A DNA stretch of 64,000 bases from Bradymonadia bacterium (lineage in GTDB: Bacteria; Myxococcota_A; Bradymonadia; UBA7976; UBA1532), in contig JBKAGE010000004.1 in the NCBI GenBank assembly GCA_046290225.1, positions 17,035 to 81,034 on the forward strand. Reading direction: 5' to 3'. Both the position numbers and the translations under genes were made by a program. Below are positions 8,607-18,659 of the stretch, one piece after another. Below the pieces are notes generated by a model, which was not told where the DNA came from, made no database searches, and was given only the letters and a program-made list of their open reading frames with translations. Position 1 is the stretch's first letter. Each line of letters opens with the position of its first letter.

Positions 8607-10259
8607 ATGCCCTCGCTTCGACATGCCTCTCTCTGGGCGCTCTGCCTCGGCGCCGCCTGCATGCACCAGGGCTGTGGTGGTGCGGCTCACAAGGCAGAAT
8701 CACAGGACCCAGGTCTGAGTCCTTCGCTCTTGTCCGGTCGTCCGGCGCCTGCCTCTCAACCCCCGAAGACACCCTTTGATGGTGTGCAGGTGCTCAAGAA
8801 AGGGGTCGACGCCGACATGTTCTTTCGGCACTACGGCGTCAACCCCACCATCGAGACCTCCGCACAGCCCGTCTCCACCTTCTCCGTGGACGTCGACACA
8901 GCTTCATACAGCCTGACGCGGGCCTTCCTCGATCGCGGCGTGATGCCTCAGGAGGCCTCGGTGAGGGTGGAGGAGTTCGTCAACGCCCTCACGTACGACG
9001 ATCCGCCTCCCCAGGGCCCGGAGCAGCCCTTTGCCGTGCACGGAGAGATCTTCCCCTCGCCGAACCGGACCGGCTACCACATCCTCCGCTTGGGTCTACG
9101 TGGCCGCGTCATTCACGAAGAAGATCGCAAGGCCGCAGATCTCGTCTTCGTCATCGACGTATCGGGATCCATGAATCGGGACGACCGGCTCGGCCTGGTG
9201 AAGCGTTCATTGATGTACCTCGTGGACCACCTCGGGCCCGACGACACCGTCGCGGTGGTCACCTACGGCGACGATGCACGTCTGGCGCTGCCGCCCACAG
9301 GTCTCGATCGACGCGATCACATCGTCCAGGCCATCAGCGCCCTGGCGCCTCAGGGCAGCACCCACGCCCAGGCGGGGCTCGAGGTGGGCTACAACATCGC
9401 CGCGCAGAATGTGCAGGCCGGTCGCATCAGCCGCGTGATTCTCTGCTCAGATGGGGTGGCCAACAGCGGTGTGGTGGATCCCGACGCGTTGTACGGGCGC
9501 ATCCGCCACGCAGCAGAGGAGGGGGTCTGGCTCACCACGATGGGGGTGGGCATGGGCAACTACAATGATGTGCTCATGGAGCGCCTCGCGCAGCTGGGCC
9601 AGGGGCGCTATCTGTACATCGATGGAGACGAGCAGGCGCGTCGGGCCTTTACCCACGCCCTCACCGGGAACCTTCAAGTCATCGCCAAAGATGTGAAGGT
9701 GCAGATGCAGTTCGACCCAGGGGTCGTGGCGCGGTATCGCCTGTTGGGCTACGAGAATCGGCTGATGGCCGCGGAGGACTTCGCCAATGACCGGGTCGAC
9801 GCTGGGGAGATCGGTGCCGGTCACCAGATGACCGCCCTGTACGAGCTGAAATTGACCGGCGCAGTCAAAGACCTGGGCCAGTTGAGGATTCGGCACAAGT
9901 CGCCTGAGGGTCATACCTCGCAGGAGATGCGCTTCTCGGTGGGCCCGCAGATGATCAAGCGTGATGTCGAGGCGGCTTCGCCCGCAGGGCGGCTCGCGTG
10001 GATCGCCGCGGGCTTCGCGGAGAAACTGCGCGGCGCCTACTGGGCCCGCAACCTGCAGTACGAGAGCCTGCAGATACAGCTGGGGCGATTGCCCGGGGAC
10101 TGGCGTGAGCGTCGGGACGTGGTGGAGCTGGGCCGCCTGATCGAGCGCGCGCGCCAGCTCGATACCCGCGCTGATCGATTCGAAGGCGAGCGCCCTCTGG
10201 TTCAGATGGACTTCGATCATGTGCCCATCTTGAGCGACTCCGGCGGTGGGCGCTTCTGA
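8607..10259 (+). CDS. YfbK-like von Willebrand factor A domain protein (probable lipoprotein)
   Basis: STFSVDVDTASY, RVEEFVN, MIDAS DVSGS, YRLLGYENR, DAGEIGAGH; GGAG before ATG 8607. Confidence 0.9.
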   Translation: MPSLRHASLWALCLGAACMHQGCGGAAHKAESQDPGLSPSLLSGRPAPASQPPKTPFDGVQVLKKGVDADMFFRHYGVNPTIETSAQPVSTFSVDVDTASYSLTRAFLDRGVMPQEASVRVEEFVNALTYDDPPPQGPEQPFAVHGEIFPSPNRTGYHILRLGLRGRVIHEEDRKAADLVFVIDVSGSMNRDDRLGLVKRSLMYLVDHLGPDDTVAVVTYGDDARLALPPTGLDRRDHIVQAISALAPQGSTHAQAGLEVGYNIAAQNVQAGRISRVILCSDGVANSGVVDPDALYGRIRHAAEEGVWLTTMGVGMGNYNDVLMERLAQLGQGRYLYIDGDEQARRAFTHALTGNLQVIAKDVKVQMQFDPGVVARYRLLGYENRLMAAEDFANDRVDAGEIGAGHQMTALYELKLTGAVKDLGQLRIRHKSPEGHTSQEMRFSVGPQMIKRDVEAASPAGRLAWIAAGFAEKLRGAYWARNLQYESLQIQLGRLPGDWRERRDVVELGRLIERARQLDTRADRFEGERPLVQMDFDHVPILSDSGGGRF

Positions 10260-12135
10260 AGGGAGGGGCGGCCTGCCCCTCAAGTCGCCGTGGTTGCTGG
10301 CCCTCGTTGGCGGCCTCGGCGCCCTCATCTGGGGCCTCGCCACCCTCGAAGGCATCCTGGTGGACGAGCGTGATGAGGCCGAAGTGCAGCAAATCGCTCG
10401 GCAGAGGGCCCTCGAGCGACTCGCCGAGCAGCGCTTTGGTGGTGCCCTCAGGCGCAATGTCGAGAGCGCCCGTGGCGCTGTAGTGCGGGCCATGGAGGAT
10501 CCTCTGGCGCCTACTGAAGGTCTGTTGGGCTTTGAAGGCGGTGCTCAAGTCGTCCCGCCCATCGCCCGGAGCCGCCCTGGAAACGACACCCCGGCGCTCG
10601 ACGTCTTGAGTGCCCTCTCTGCCCGTCAGCCCATTGCCGCGGAGCCCGGCCCCTGGGCACATCGCCTGATGCTGTTCAGCGCATTCGCCGACACCCTCCA
10701 GGGCGACACGTCGGCGGCCATCGAGTCCGCTTTTCGGGCGCATCTAACCCATCAAGCGAACCATGTACTCCGGCCTGATCGTGACCTGCCCGAGCAGATC
10801 GCCTTGCTTGAGCTGTTTCAGGGCAAAGGCGAGCCGGACCGCGGTCTGATGACGGCGCTCATGCGCACGGGGTTGACCTCGGCGAAGGGCAGCGAGATCG
10901 AAGGTCTGCAGCGGCGTGTCATCAAGGCGCGTCCTCACCTCACCGCCGCGGACTTCGATGGCCTGGCGCGGGCTGTGGATCGCCTCAGCCGGGCCAGCGG
11001 TGTGCCCGTCTCCGACTTCAACGCTCGAGCAGCGCTGGTGCCACAGGTGTTCGCCGTCCCCCCTGAAGCGTCAGGCCTGCACATCGACAGCAGGGGTTGT
11101 TGGGGCACCCTCGGGGACGGGATGATGATCGTAGGTGCCCGAGTCGACGTGGGGGAAGTGCTCGACGACACCCGCCGCGCCCTCGTCGGACAAGGCTTGC
11201 TGGAGTCCTCCGATATGCTCACTTTCGAAGGGCTCACCCTTGGGGAGAGGGTGTGTACCTCTACGCCCCCACAATCGCCCTATTTCGCCCTGTCCAGTAT
11301 CACCCTCGCGCTCAGCGGACCCCAGTGGATCGCACAAGCGGAGCGGCGTACCCAGAGGTTCCAGCTCAAGACCATCCTGGTCGTGCTCAGCAGCTTGATG
11401 GGGGTGGCCATCGTGATCCTGGCGGTGAGCCTTCAGAGGCGTAGACAGCGGTATCTGGCATTGAAGTCAGATTTCGTCTCCACCGTGTCCCACGAGCTCA
11501 AGACCCCGTTGGCGAGCATGCGGCTCATCGCCGAGACTCTGGAGCGCAAGATCGGGGACACACCGCGCCTGGGTCGATACCCCCGGAGGTTGCTCAAGGA
11601 CATCGACGGCCTCGATTTTCTCATCGAGAACATCTTGTCGTTCAACAGACTGGATCGCGGCCGCCTCGAGCCTCAGATCGGCAATGTCAGCGTGGGAGAC
11701 CTGGTGCATGTGCTCCGTCAGGATCTGGAAGGCCGGTTCCCAGACAAGACCATCACAGTGAGCTGTGAAGGAGAAGTGGGGATCCGCTTGGAGGTCGATC
11801 CTGCGCTGATGCGCCTGCTCTTGATCAACCTGGGCAGCAACAGTTGTCAGTACAACACCCGCAGCGCCGTCGAGCTCGCTCTGGACGTCGAGGCAGGCGA
11901 AGAGGGGGTGATGATCCACTTCACCGACAATGGCGTGGGCATCTCACCCGAAGCTCAACAGCGTATCTTCGAAGCCTTCGAGCGGGGCGCATCTGGTGCC
12001 AGTCGGCGAGGCAGTGGCTTGGGTCTTGCGATCTGTCGCCAAATCATGAAGGTCCATCGAGGAGACATCAGGGTGTCGCGCTCGGGCCCTGAGGGCACCA
12101 CCTTCGAGTTGACGCTGCCGCGGCGAGCGAAGTGA
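10246..12135 (+). CDS. Membrane sensor histidine kinase
   Basis: Two TM segments, H-box FVSTVSHELKTPL, DNGVGI and GSGLGL ATPase motifs; start approximate. Confidence 0.93.
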   Translation: MGASEGRGGLPLKSPWLLALVGGLGALIWGLATLEGILVDERDEAEVQQIARQRALERLAEQRFGGALRRNVESARGAVVRAMEDPLAPTEGLLGFEGGAQVVPPIARSRPGNDTPALDVLSALSARQPIAAEPGPWAHRLMLFSAFADTLQGDTSAAIESAFRAHLTHQANHVLRPDRDLPEQIALLELFQGKGEPDRGLMTALMRTGLTSAKGSEIEGLQRRVIKARPHLTAADFDGLARAVDRLSRASGVPVSDFNARAALVPQVFAVPPEASGLHIDSRGCWGTLGDGMMIVGARVDVGEVLDDTRRALVGQGLLESSDMLTFEGLTLGERVCTSTPPQSPYFALSSITLALSGPQWIAQAERRTQRFQLKTILVVLSSLMGVAIVILAVSLQRRRQRYLALKSDFVSTVSHELKTPLASMRLIAETLERKIGDTPRLGRYPRRLLKDIDGLDFLIENILSFNRLDRGRLEPQIGNVSVGDLVHVLRQDLEGRFPDKTITVSCEGEVGIRLEVDPALMRLLLINLGSNSCQYNTRSAVELALDVEAGEEGVMIHFTDNGVGISPEAQQRIFEAFERGASGASRRGSGLGLAICRQIMKVHRGDIRVSRSGPEGTTFELTLPRRAK

Positions 12136-12157
12136 CGCAGCCTCGAAAGGAGACAGG

Positions 12158-12859
12158 ATGAGCCGAACATTGCTGTTGGTGGAGGATGACGAGCACCTGC
12201 GTCTCACCCTCGCCGAGAACCTCGAGGACGAAGGCTACACCATCCATCTCGCGGAGACGGGTGAGGCTGCGACGGAGATCCTCGAACGCGAGTGCGTTCA
12301 CCTCATCATCCTCGACATCATGCTCCCAGGCGTTGATGGCTACACCCTGTGCCAGCAGATCCGCGCCGCAGGCCACGAGATGCCGGTGTTGATGCTCACC
12401 GCCCGCACCTTGGAGGATGACATCGTGCGTGGGCTCGATGCTGGCGCCGACGACTACCTGGCCAAGCCGTATCGCCTACGAGAGCTGCTCGCTCGAGTCA
12501 CGGCGCTGCTGCGTCGTGGGCAGCGCGCGCCCGCTGAGGTGCCAGCTGAGCGCCGAGAGCGTTTTGGGGCATACACCTTCGATCGCAAGGCCCACACCCT
12601 GACCCATGATGGGAGGGGAGAGATCGCCCTCACCCGCACTGAGTTCGACATGCTGGGCTTCATGCTCCAGCACGCAGGTGAGGCGCTGAGCAGGGACGAC
12701 ATCCTCGACGCGGTGTGGGGCGCCGACGTGGTCGTGGATCCACGGACCGTGGACAACTTCGTTTCGAATCTGAAGAAGAAGCTGCATTGGGCCCCAGGGT
12801 GCGGCTTTGCGCTGCTCACTGTCCGTGGAGTGGGCTATCGCATGGTCCTTGAGGGCTGA
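12158..12859 (+). CDS. OmpR-family response regulator
   Basis: LLVEDD, ILDIMLP, GADDYLAKP and winged-helix TVRGVGY. Confidence 0.95.
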   Translation: MSRTLLLVEDDEHLRLTLAENLEDEGYTIHLAETGEAATEILERECVHLIILDIMLPGVDGYTLCQQIRAAGHEMPVLMLTARTLEDDIVRGLDAGADDYLAKPYRLRELLARVTALLRRGQRAPAEVPAERRERFGAYTFDRKAHTLTHDGRGEIALTRTEFDMLGFMLQHAGEALSRDDILDAVWGADVVVDPRTVDNFVSNLKKKLHWAPGCGFALLTVRGVGYRMVLEG

Positions 12860-13755
12860 GCGACGCCGAGGGCCAGGGCGGTGCACACCGTCTGAAAGTG
12901 CAGGTCCACGATGGTGTCCACCTCGGGCGCATATCCGCCGGCCATGACCGTCACCACAGGTACCCCCGCCTGCCAGAATCCTTCGAGCACGATACGGTCC
13001 CGGGCGAGCAGACCCGCCTTCGACAACGCGAGGCGGCCCAAGGCGTCGCCCACAAAGGGGTCCACCCCCGCGACGAAGATCGCGAGCTCTGGCCTGTGGT
13101 GCAGCGCCGCCGCCATGGCTGGCCGGAGCGCGGAGAGATAATCCTCGTCCGTGGTGCCGTCTGGCAAGTCGACGTCGAGATCGCTCTTCTGCTTTCGAAA
13201 CGGGAAGTTGCGCGCCCCATGGAGTGAGATGGTCATCACCTCTGGATCATGGGCGAAGATGGCTGCGGTGCCGTTTCCCTGATGCACATCACAGTCCATC
13301 ACCACGACCCGGCGCACATGCCCCTCGTCTTGAAGCGTGCGAATCGTCACCGCAGCGTCATTGAACACGCAATAGCCCTCGCCGTGGTCGAAGCCGGCGT
13401 GATGTGTGCCCCCGGCGAGGTTGACCGAGGCGCCGGATTTCAGCGCAGCCCGAGCGCCCGCCAGGGTGGCCCCCGTCGACCGGCGTGAGCGTTCGACCAT
13501 TTCCTGAGACCACGGGAAGCCGATCCGCCTGACCTCCTGTCGGGTCAGCGTGCCATCAGCCACCCTGCGCACATAATCAGGATCATGGGCCAGTTGCAGT
13601 TGTGCGTCGGTGGCCGCCGGTGGCACCCGCAGCTTTGGCCGCGAGGGGAGCCGGCTCGAGATCAGGCGTTGCCGCAGTCGGGCGTACTTCTGCATGGGGA
13701 ACCGATGGCCTTCGGGCAGCGGCAACACGAAGTGATCACAAAAGTAGATGTCCAT
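12835..13755 (-). CDS. Histone deacetylase family protein
   Basis: HRFPMQKY, GGTHHA, GYCVFND, DCDVHQGNG, GVDP..D and GGY motifs. Confidence 0.95.
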   Translation of the reverse strand: MDIYFCDHFVLPLPEGHRFPMQKYARLRQRLISSRLPSRPKLRVPPAATDAQLQLAHDPDYVRRVADGTLTRQEVRRIGFPWSQEMVERSRRSTGATLAGARAALKSGASVNLAGGTHHAGFDHGEGYCVFNDAAVTIRTLQDEGHVRRVVVMDCDVHQGNGTAAIFAHDPEVMTISLHGARNFPFRKQKSDLDVDLPDGTTDEDYLSALRPAMAAALHHRPELAIFVAGVDPFVGDALGRLALSKAGLLARDRIVLEGFWQAGVPVVTVMAGGYAPEVDTIVDLHFQTVCTALALGVAQPSRTMR

Positions 13756-13976
13756 CGCTGCTCATGATGCCCACCGAGCAGGGGCTGTCGCTGTAAATCT
13801 TCACAGGAAAGACCGCTTCAAGGGCGCGCTCCCCCAGATTTGAGGGGTGGGGTCGATGTGACCCACCAGGGTTGGGGTCACAGGACCGAAAATCCATAAC
13901 TCACTGAAATCGTATGTGAGAAAATGGGGCGCCTGGGGGCTCCTGACCCCAACTCGGAGAGCGCTACGCTGTTCGG

Positions 13977-14010
13977 TTGACAAAAATTCCCACAAAAACT
14001 TACTTTGTCA
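13977..14010 (+). promoter_or_regulatory. Putative sigma70 promoter overlapped by an inverted repeat
   Basis: TTGACA(13977)-N18-TACTTT(14001); TGACAAA (13978-13984) and TTTGTCA (14004-14010) are inverted repeats. Confidence 0.55.
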
Positions 14011-14096
14011 CCCGGAGACGGAGGGATCTGTGTAGGCAGATCCTGCCTTTTGAAATCAGGTACTTTCCTTTCATCCTGCCCACTGGAGGAGCCGGC

Positions 14097-15089
14097 ATGT
14101 TCAATGCTCGGGGTTCACGGCGATCATCGAGATCCAAGCTGTGGACACATGCCTCGTCCATTCTCGTCGTCACGGCCGCATCGTTCTTGATGAGCGGCTG
14201 TCTCGAGGATGACGCGATCGACATCACCAACACCGATGCGGCGACGCCCACCGGTGGCAACGGTGGCGCAGGCGGAGGCGGCGGCGGTGCCGACCTCGGC
14301 GTCATGCGCCCGCCGGACGCAGAGCCCCCACCGCCGGAGTACAACGACGTCGGTGAGTCCTGTGCCACCAACGACGAGTGCGACAGCGGGTTGTGCATCG
14401 AGCAGCCTGGCAGCAACGCCCGGTACTGCAGCCGGCCATGTGTCGAGGGCGCCAACGTGTGTCCCACCGACTGGACCTGCGAGGCACCCCCGGCGGACTC
14501 GGGCATCACCGAAGAGGGCATCTGCTGGCCTCCGGCCACCCGTGGCCTCTGTGAGTCCTGCGAGAACAACAGCGACTGCGGCGATGCCGACGATCTCTGT
14601 CTGCCCCTCAACGGCGACGAGAACGATATGCGGTGCGCCCGGGCCTGCGTCGAGGATCGCGCTTGTCCCCCTGGGTACAGCTGCCTCGACCCCAACGGCG
14701 ACGGCAACCGTCAGTGCATCCCCACCGAGGGCATCTGCCCACCGGTGATCGATCAAGACGGTGACGGCGTCGAAGACGGGGACGACAACTGCCCCGAGAT
14801 CTCCAACGCCCAGCAGCTCGACGGCGATGGCGATGGCCTCGGCGACGACTGTGACAACTGTCCCCGAGTCCCGAACCCGGACCAGCTCGACAGCGACAAC
14901 GACGGCTTCGGCGACGCCTGCCCGCCGCCGGTCCCTGTCCTCGGCCCCGGCCAGTTCACCAGCGGCGCGAGCGTTTCGTCGTCGCCGGGGTACTCCATCC
15001 GCAGTGTCCTCGGGCCCCAGAGCCCCCCTGAGGTCATGCGCAGCAGCAGCTACCGCGTCTCCCCCATCAAGATCGGGGGTGGCCAGTGA
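14097..15089 (+). CDS. Cys-rich lipoprotein with thrombospondin type-3 repeats
   Basis: GGAGGA SD before ATG 14097; lipobox [18 protein letters not shown] and [11 protein letters not shown] repeats. Confidence 0.85.
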   Translation: MFNARGSRRSSRSKLWTHASSILVVTAASFLMSGCLEDDAIDITNTDAATPTGGNGGAGGGGGGADLGVMRPPDAEPPPPEYNDVGESCATNDECDSGLCIEQPGSNARYCSRPCVEGANVCPTDWTCEAPPADSGITEEGICWPPATRGLCESCENNSDCGDADDLCLPLNGDENDMRCARACVEDRACPPGYSCLDPNGDGNRQCIPTEGICPPVIDQDGDGVEDGDDNCPEISNAQQLDGDGDGLGDDCDNCPRVPNPDQLDSDNDGFGDACPPPVPVLGPGQFTSGASVSSSPGYSIRSVLGPQSPPEVMRSSSYRVSPIKIGGGQ

Positions 15090-15151
15090 AAACCAAGAAC
15101 ACACACAACACCATCACCACCGAGCAGATGAATTCTGGAGGCAACCTCAAC

Positions 15152-17038
15152 ATGCGTATCCGTAACCCCCTGTCGTTCCGACGTCTGGCGGGCTCCGCGG
15201 TGGCGGGCGCCGCGGTCCTGGTCTGCGGCGTGTCCGCTGCTCAGGCCCAGCAGGTGCCTTCGGTCCTCCCGTACACCGGCTACATCGCCAACAGTGACGG
15301 CGCCGCGCTCAACGAGTCGGTCGATCTGACCTTCCGTCTCTACTCCAGCCCCAACAGCGACACCCCCGTCTGGTCGGAGTCTGTCGAGAACGTGGTGGTG
15401 GACGACGGTGTCTTCTACATCTACCTCGGCATGAACAGCCCCCTGGCGAACTACTTCCTCGACGGCAGCACCCGCTACCTCGGTGTCGAGGTGAACGGCG
15501 ACGGCGAGGCCGAGCCTCGTCAGGAGATCGGCAGCGTGCCCTACGCCATGCTCGCCGGTGACGCTCTCCGCCTCGGCGGCTACCCCGCCGAGAGCTTCCT
15601 CACCGAGGAAGACGTGACGGTGATCCTCGAGAGCGACAACTACATCACCCAGACCTCCCTCGAGCAGTACCTGGAAGACCAGGAGTTCGTGACGGTGGTG
15701 AACATCGAGCAGGTGCTCGAGGGTGACTACGTGACGGTCGAGGAGCTCAACGAGGCCATCGCCGGTGCTGCGGTGAACGTGGAGCAGGTGACCAACATCA
15801 TCAACCAGGAGCTCGGCGAGCGCGGCTACATCTCGGAAGCCCGCCTCAACGAGATCCTCACCGAGCGCGGCTACCAGACCGCTGCTCAGGTGAACGCCCT
15901 CATCGACGCCCGTGGCTACCAGACCGCGAACCAGGTGAACCAGCTCATCGACGCCCGCGGTTACGTGACCGAGGCGCGGGTGAACAACATCATCGACAAC
16001 CGCGGCTACGTGACCCTGAACCAGGTGAACCAGGCCATCGACGCACGCGGCTACGTCAACACCGATGCGGTGAACCAGCTCATCGACGCCCGCGGCTACG
16101 TGACCCTGGCCCAGGTGAACCAGGCCATCGACGCCCGCAACTACATCTCCCAGAACACGCTGAACCAGACCCTGAACAACTACGTGACGGTGAACCAGCT
16201 CAACAACGCCGAGGCCACCATCGAGGCCAACGTGCTGGCCACCCTGCAGGCGGCCATCGAGGACAACGTCGGCGAGCTGGTGGACGCCGCTGTGGCGAAC
16301 GCCGTGGCCGATTCGGTGGATCAGCTGGTGGCGGACGCCATCGCTGCTCAGGTGGGCCAGATTCAGGCAGACATCGCGCAGAACGCTGGCGCCATCGCGA
16401 ACAACGCGAACGCCATCGCGCAGAACGCCAACAACATCGCGAACAACGCGAATGGCATTGGCAACAACGCCGGCAACATCAACGCGAACTTCGATTTGAT
16501 CGCCGACAACGAGGCGTCGATCAACGCGTTGCAGGCTCAGGTGGCTGATCTGACCAACCGCCTGACCAACATCGAAAACAACGGCGCTGGTGCAGCCGCT
16601 GAGCCCACGATTCTCGGTGTGTCGCAGTCAAGTTCCAGCGGTAAGATCACCTACGGGGGCCGCGCCGGCCTTGCTGCTGGTCGCCAGATGTGCATCGACA
16701 CCTTCGGTGCAGGTGCCCACATGTGCAGCAGCCACGAGGTCTCCCTCGCCGTTGCTGCAGGCAACATCAACTTCAATAATGGTCAGGCCGGTGACGGGCA
16801 GCAGACCTGGACCGTTGCTGGTGCCAGCCTGCAGGCCAACAATCAGGGTAACAATGGTTTGGGCAACACATGCCAGAACCTACTCTACAACAGTGGTGAT
16901 GTTGCCGTGGGCACCACCTTGGAGATTGATCGCAACTACACCAGCAATGGTGGTGGCGGCAATGCGACCTCCGACGTCTTTAAGCTGCGTCGCTCGATTC
17001 CGTGTAACACACCTCTCCCCGTGCTCTGCTGCCGCTGA
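15152..17038 (+). CDS. Secreted fibre/adhesin-like protein (15-aa repeats, trimeric coiled coil, Cys-rich head)
   Basis: GGAGG before ATG 15152; signal peptide ending AQA; N-domain LPYTG...FRLY...W.E...YLG...PRQEIGSVPYA; IDARGY repeats; I..N heptads; ends PVLCCR. Confidence 0.75.
   Translation: MRIRNPLSFRRLAGSAVAGAAVLVCGVSAAQAQQVPSVLPYTGYIANSDGAALNESVDLTFRLYSSPNSDTPVWSESVENVVVDDGVFYIYLGMNSPLANYFLDGSTRYLGVEVNGDGEAEPRQEIGSVPYAMLAGDALRLGGYPAESFLTEEDVTVILESDNYITQTSLEQYLEDQEFVTVVNIEQVLEGDYVTVEELNEAIAGAAVNVEQVTNIINQELGERGYISEARLNEILTERGYQTAAQVNALIDARGYQTANQVNQLIDARGYVTEARVNNIIDNRGYVTLNQVNQAIDARGYVNTDAVNQLIDARGYVTLAQVNQAIDARNYISQNTLNQTLNNYVTVNQLNNAEATIEANVLATLQAAIEDNVGELVDAAVANAVADSVDQLVADAIAAQVGQIQADIAQNAGAIANNANAIAQNANNIANNANGIGNNAGNINANFDLIADNEASINALQAQVADLTNRLTNIENNGAGAAAEPTILGVSQSSSSGKITYGGRAGLAAGRQMCIDTFGAGAHMCSSHEVSLAVAAGNINFNNGQAGDGQQTWTVAGASLQANNQGNNGLGNTCQNLLYNSGDVAVGTTLEIDRNYTSNGGGGNATSDVFKLRRSIPCNTPLPVLCCR
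15818..16177 (+). repeat. 45-bp (15-aa) coding tandem repeat, ~8 copies, consensus ARGYVTxxQVNQLID
   Basis: Recurrent ATCGACGCCCGCGGCTAC-like units. Confidence 0.9.
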
Positions 17039-17138
17039 GTTTAATCCAACTCGGGGCAACCCCTTTCCCTTCCAAGACATCATCCTTGCTGTGAGCAAGA
17101 GATAACCCCATCCATACCCCTCTGATAGTGTTGTCTTC

Positions 17139-18659
17139 ATGAAGATGATCCGCACGGTACAGATCTCCCTCCTCACGTGCAGCCTCTTCGCGGGTAGTGC
17201 CGCAGGTGATGGGCCATCTGAGGCAGAAGTTCTTGAGACACTCCACGAAGCCATCGAACTCTACCAACGTAGTCGTTTTGGTGCCCTGGTTGTTGCGACT
17301 GATCCCTTTGAGAGGTTCGAGAATCTAGTAGGGGTCCCACCGATGCTCTACTGGTCAGAGAACGAGATGTTCGATGTCATCTTTAATGTGGGCGATGAGG
17401 CATTCGAAGCGGAGTTGGATCGTGTGGGAGGTGCTGGGCAAGGTCCTCCTAGACCTGGAGAGTTGCCTGCATTTGTTCAGAGAGTCCACGACGGAGAGAG
17501 GGGTGGGTATGACTCCTCATCTTGTCGATCTTGTCACTTCTCGGGTGGTGCCGATGGGGGAGGGACTCTTACTCAAGTGGGCTTGTTTCGCGGTGATGGT
17601 CAATTCCTTTCCAGTGCGATCCTAAGAGACGCACCCCATGTAATGGGACTTGGTTACATTGAGTTATTGGCCCAAGAGATCAATCTTCAATTGAGGGATT
17701 ATCGAGACTTCACCATCGCTGCAGCACAGGCTGAAGGGGGCCCCTACACTATTCCTGTCCGAATCAAGGGAATGGAGATGGGGGTTCTGACAGCGACACC
17801 TGATGGTGAGGTGGATACTTCAGGGCTTCCTGGTGTGTCTTCTGATCTGGTGATCCGCCCATTTGGCCACAAGGGTCGACACGCTAAATTGACTGAGCTG
17901 GCTGATGAGGCATTTCAGATACATCATGGGTTGCAAACAGAATCTCGTATCGAACGCCATCGTGAGGAGGCAGAAGTACACCTGGGTGATGGGGAGATTC
18001 AGTTCGATCCGGATGGGGACGGGGTGAGCTGGGAAGGCTCTGAGGCCCAAGCCGTCTTGATGGCGACTTATATGAGCCTTCTTGGAACACCCATCATCCG
18101 CCCACCTCAGAATCCAGAGCTCTTGTTGATCTGGGCGGAGGGACGAGCTCTCTTTGAGGATGTGGGCTGTGAGTCGTGCCATCGAGCCGATTTGAGGATC
18201 GAAAGCTACGATGCCTTCCTCCAACCGACTGTGCCCTCCGACTGGTTCTTGCAGTTCAGCTTGTTGGAGCATGGCGAGGATCCTAAACCCAGAGATCTCG
18301 ACTTTGCCCCCGATGAGAATGGCCAAATCGTCAATGGAGCCCCTCTCTTCGCATTCACTGATCTCCAAAGGCACGATATGGGCCCCGCCCTCGCAGATGC
18401 TGTACCTGAGGTGTTGCCGTTGGGCGGCGGAGAGGTGGCACCGAACATGTGGCTGACACGCTCTCTCTGGGGCCTCGCTGACACTGCCCCCTATCTTCAT
18501 GATGGACGGGCGCCAACCGTTCATGACGCAATCCTCTGGCATGGTGGTGAAGCGGAAGCATCATCCACTGCATATCTCGAACTCTCTGAAGAAGAGCAGG
18601 GTGCCTTGAGAGTGTTCTTGATGTCCCTGACCCGCGAGCCCAACTTGTTGGTGGAATGA
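17139..18659 (+). CDS. Di-heme oxidoreductase family (DHOR/DUF1111-like, bCcP-MauG superfamily) protein
   Basis: Signal peptide; CRSCH and [28 protein letters not shown]...PYLHDGRA...AILWHGGEA. Confidence 0.85.
   Translation: MKMIRTVQISLLTCSLFAGSAAGDGPSEAEVLETLHEAIELYQRSRFGALVVATDPFERFENLVGVPPMLYWSENEMFDVIFNVGDEAFEAELDRVGGAGQGPPRPGELPAFVQRVHDGERGGYDSSSCRSCHFSGGADGGGTLTQVGLFRGDGQFLSSAILRDAPHVMGLGYIELLAQEINLQLRDYRDFTIAAAQAEGGPYTIPVRIKGMEMGVLTATPDGEVDTSGLPGVSSDLVIRPFGHKGRHAKLTELADEAFQIHHGLQTESRIERHREEAEVHLGDGEIQFDPDGDGVSWEGSEAQAVLMATYMSLLGTPIIRPPQNPELLLIWAEGRALFEDVGCESCHRADLRIESYDAFLQPTVPSDWFLQFSLLEHGEDPKPRDLDFAPDENGQIVNGAPLFAFTDLQRHDMGPALADAVPEVLPLGGGEVAPNMWLTRSLWGLADTAPYLHDGRAPTVHDAILWHGGEAEASSTAYLELSEEEQGALRVFLMSLTREPNLLVE

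Noticed and set aside
15818..16177. Regularly spaced DNA repeats resembling a CRISPR array
   Set aside because: In-frame 45-bp coding repeats with synonymous variation, no unique spacers and no cas genes.
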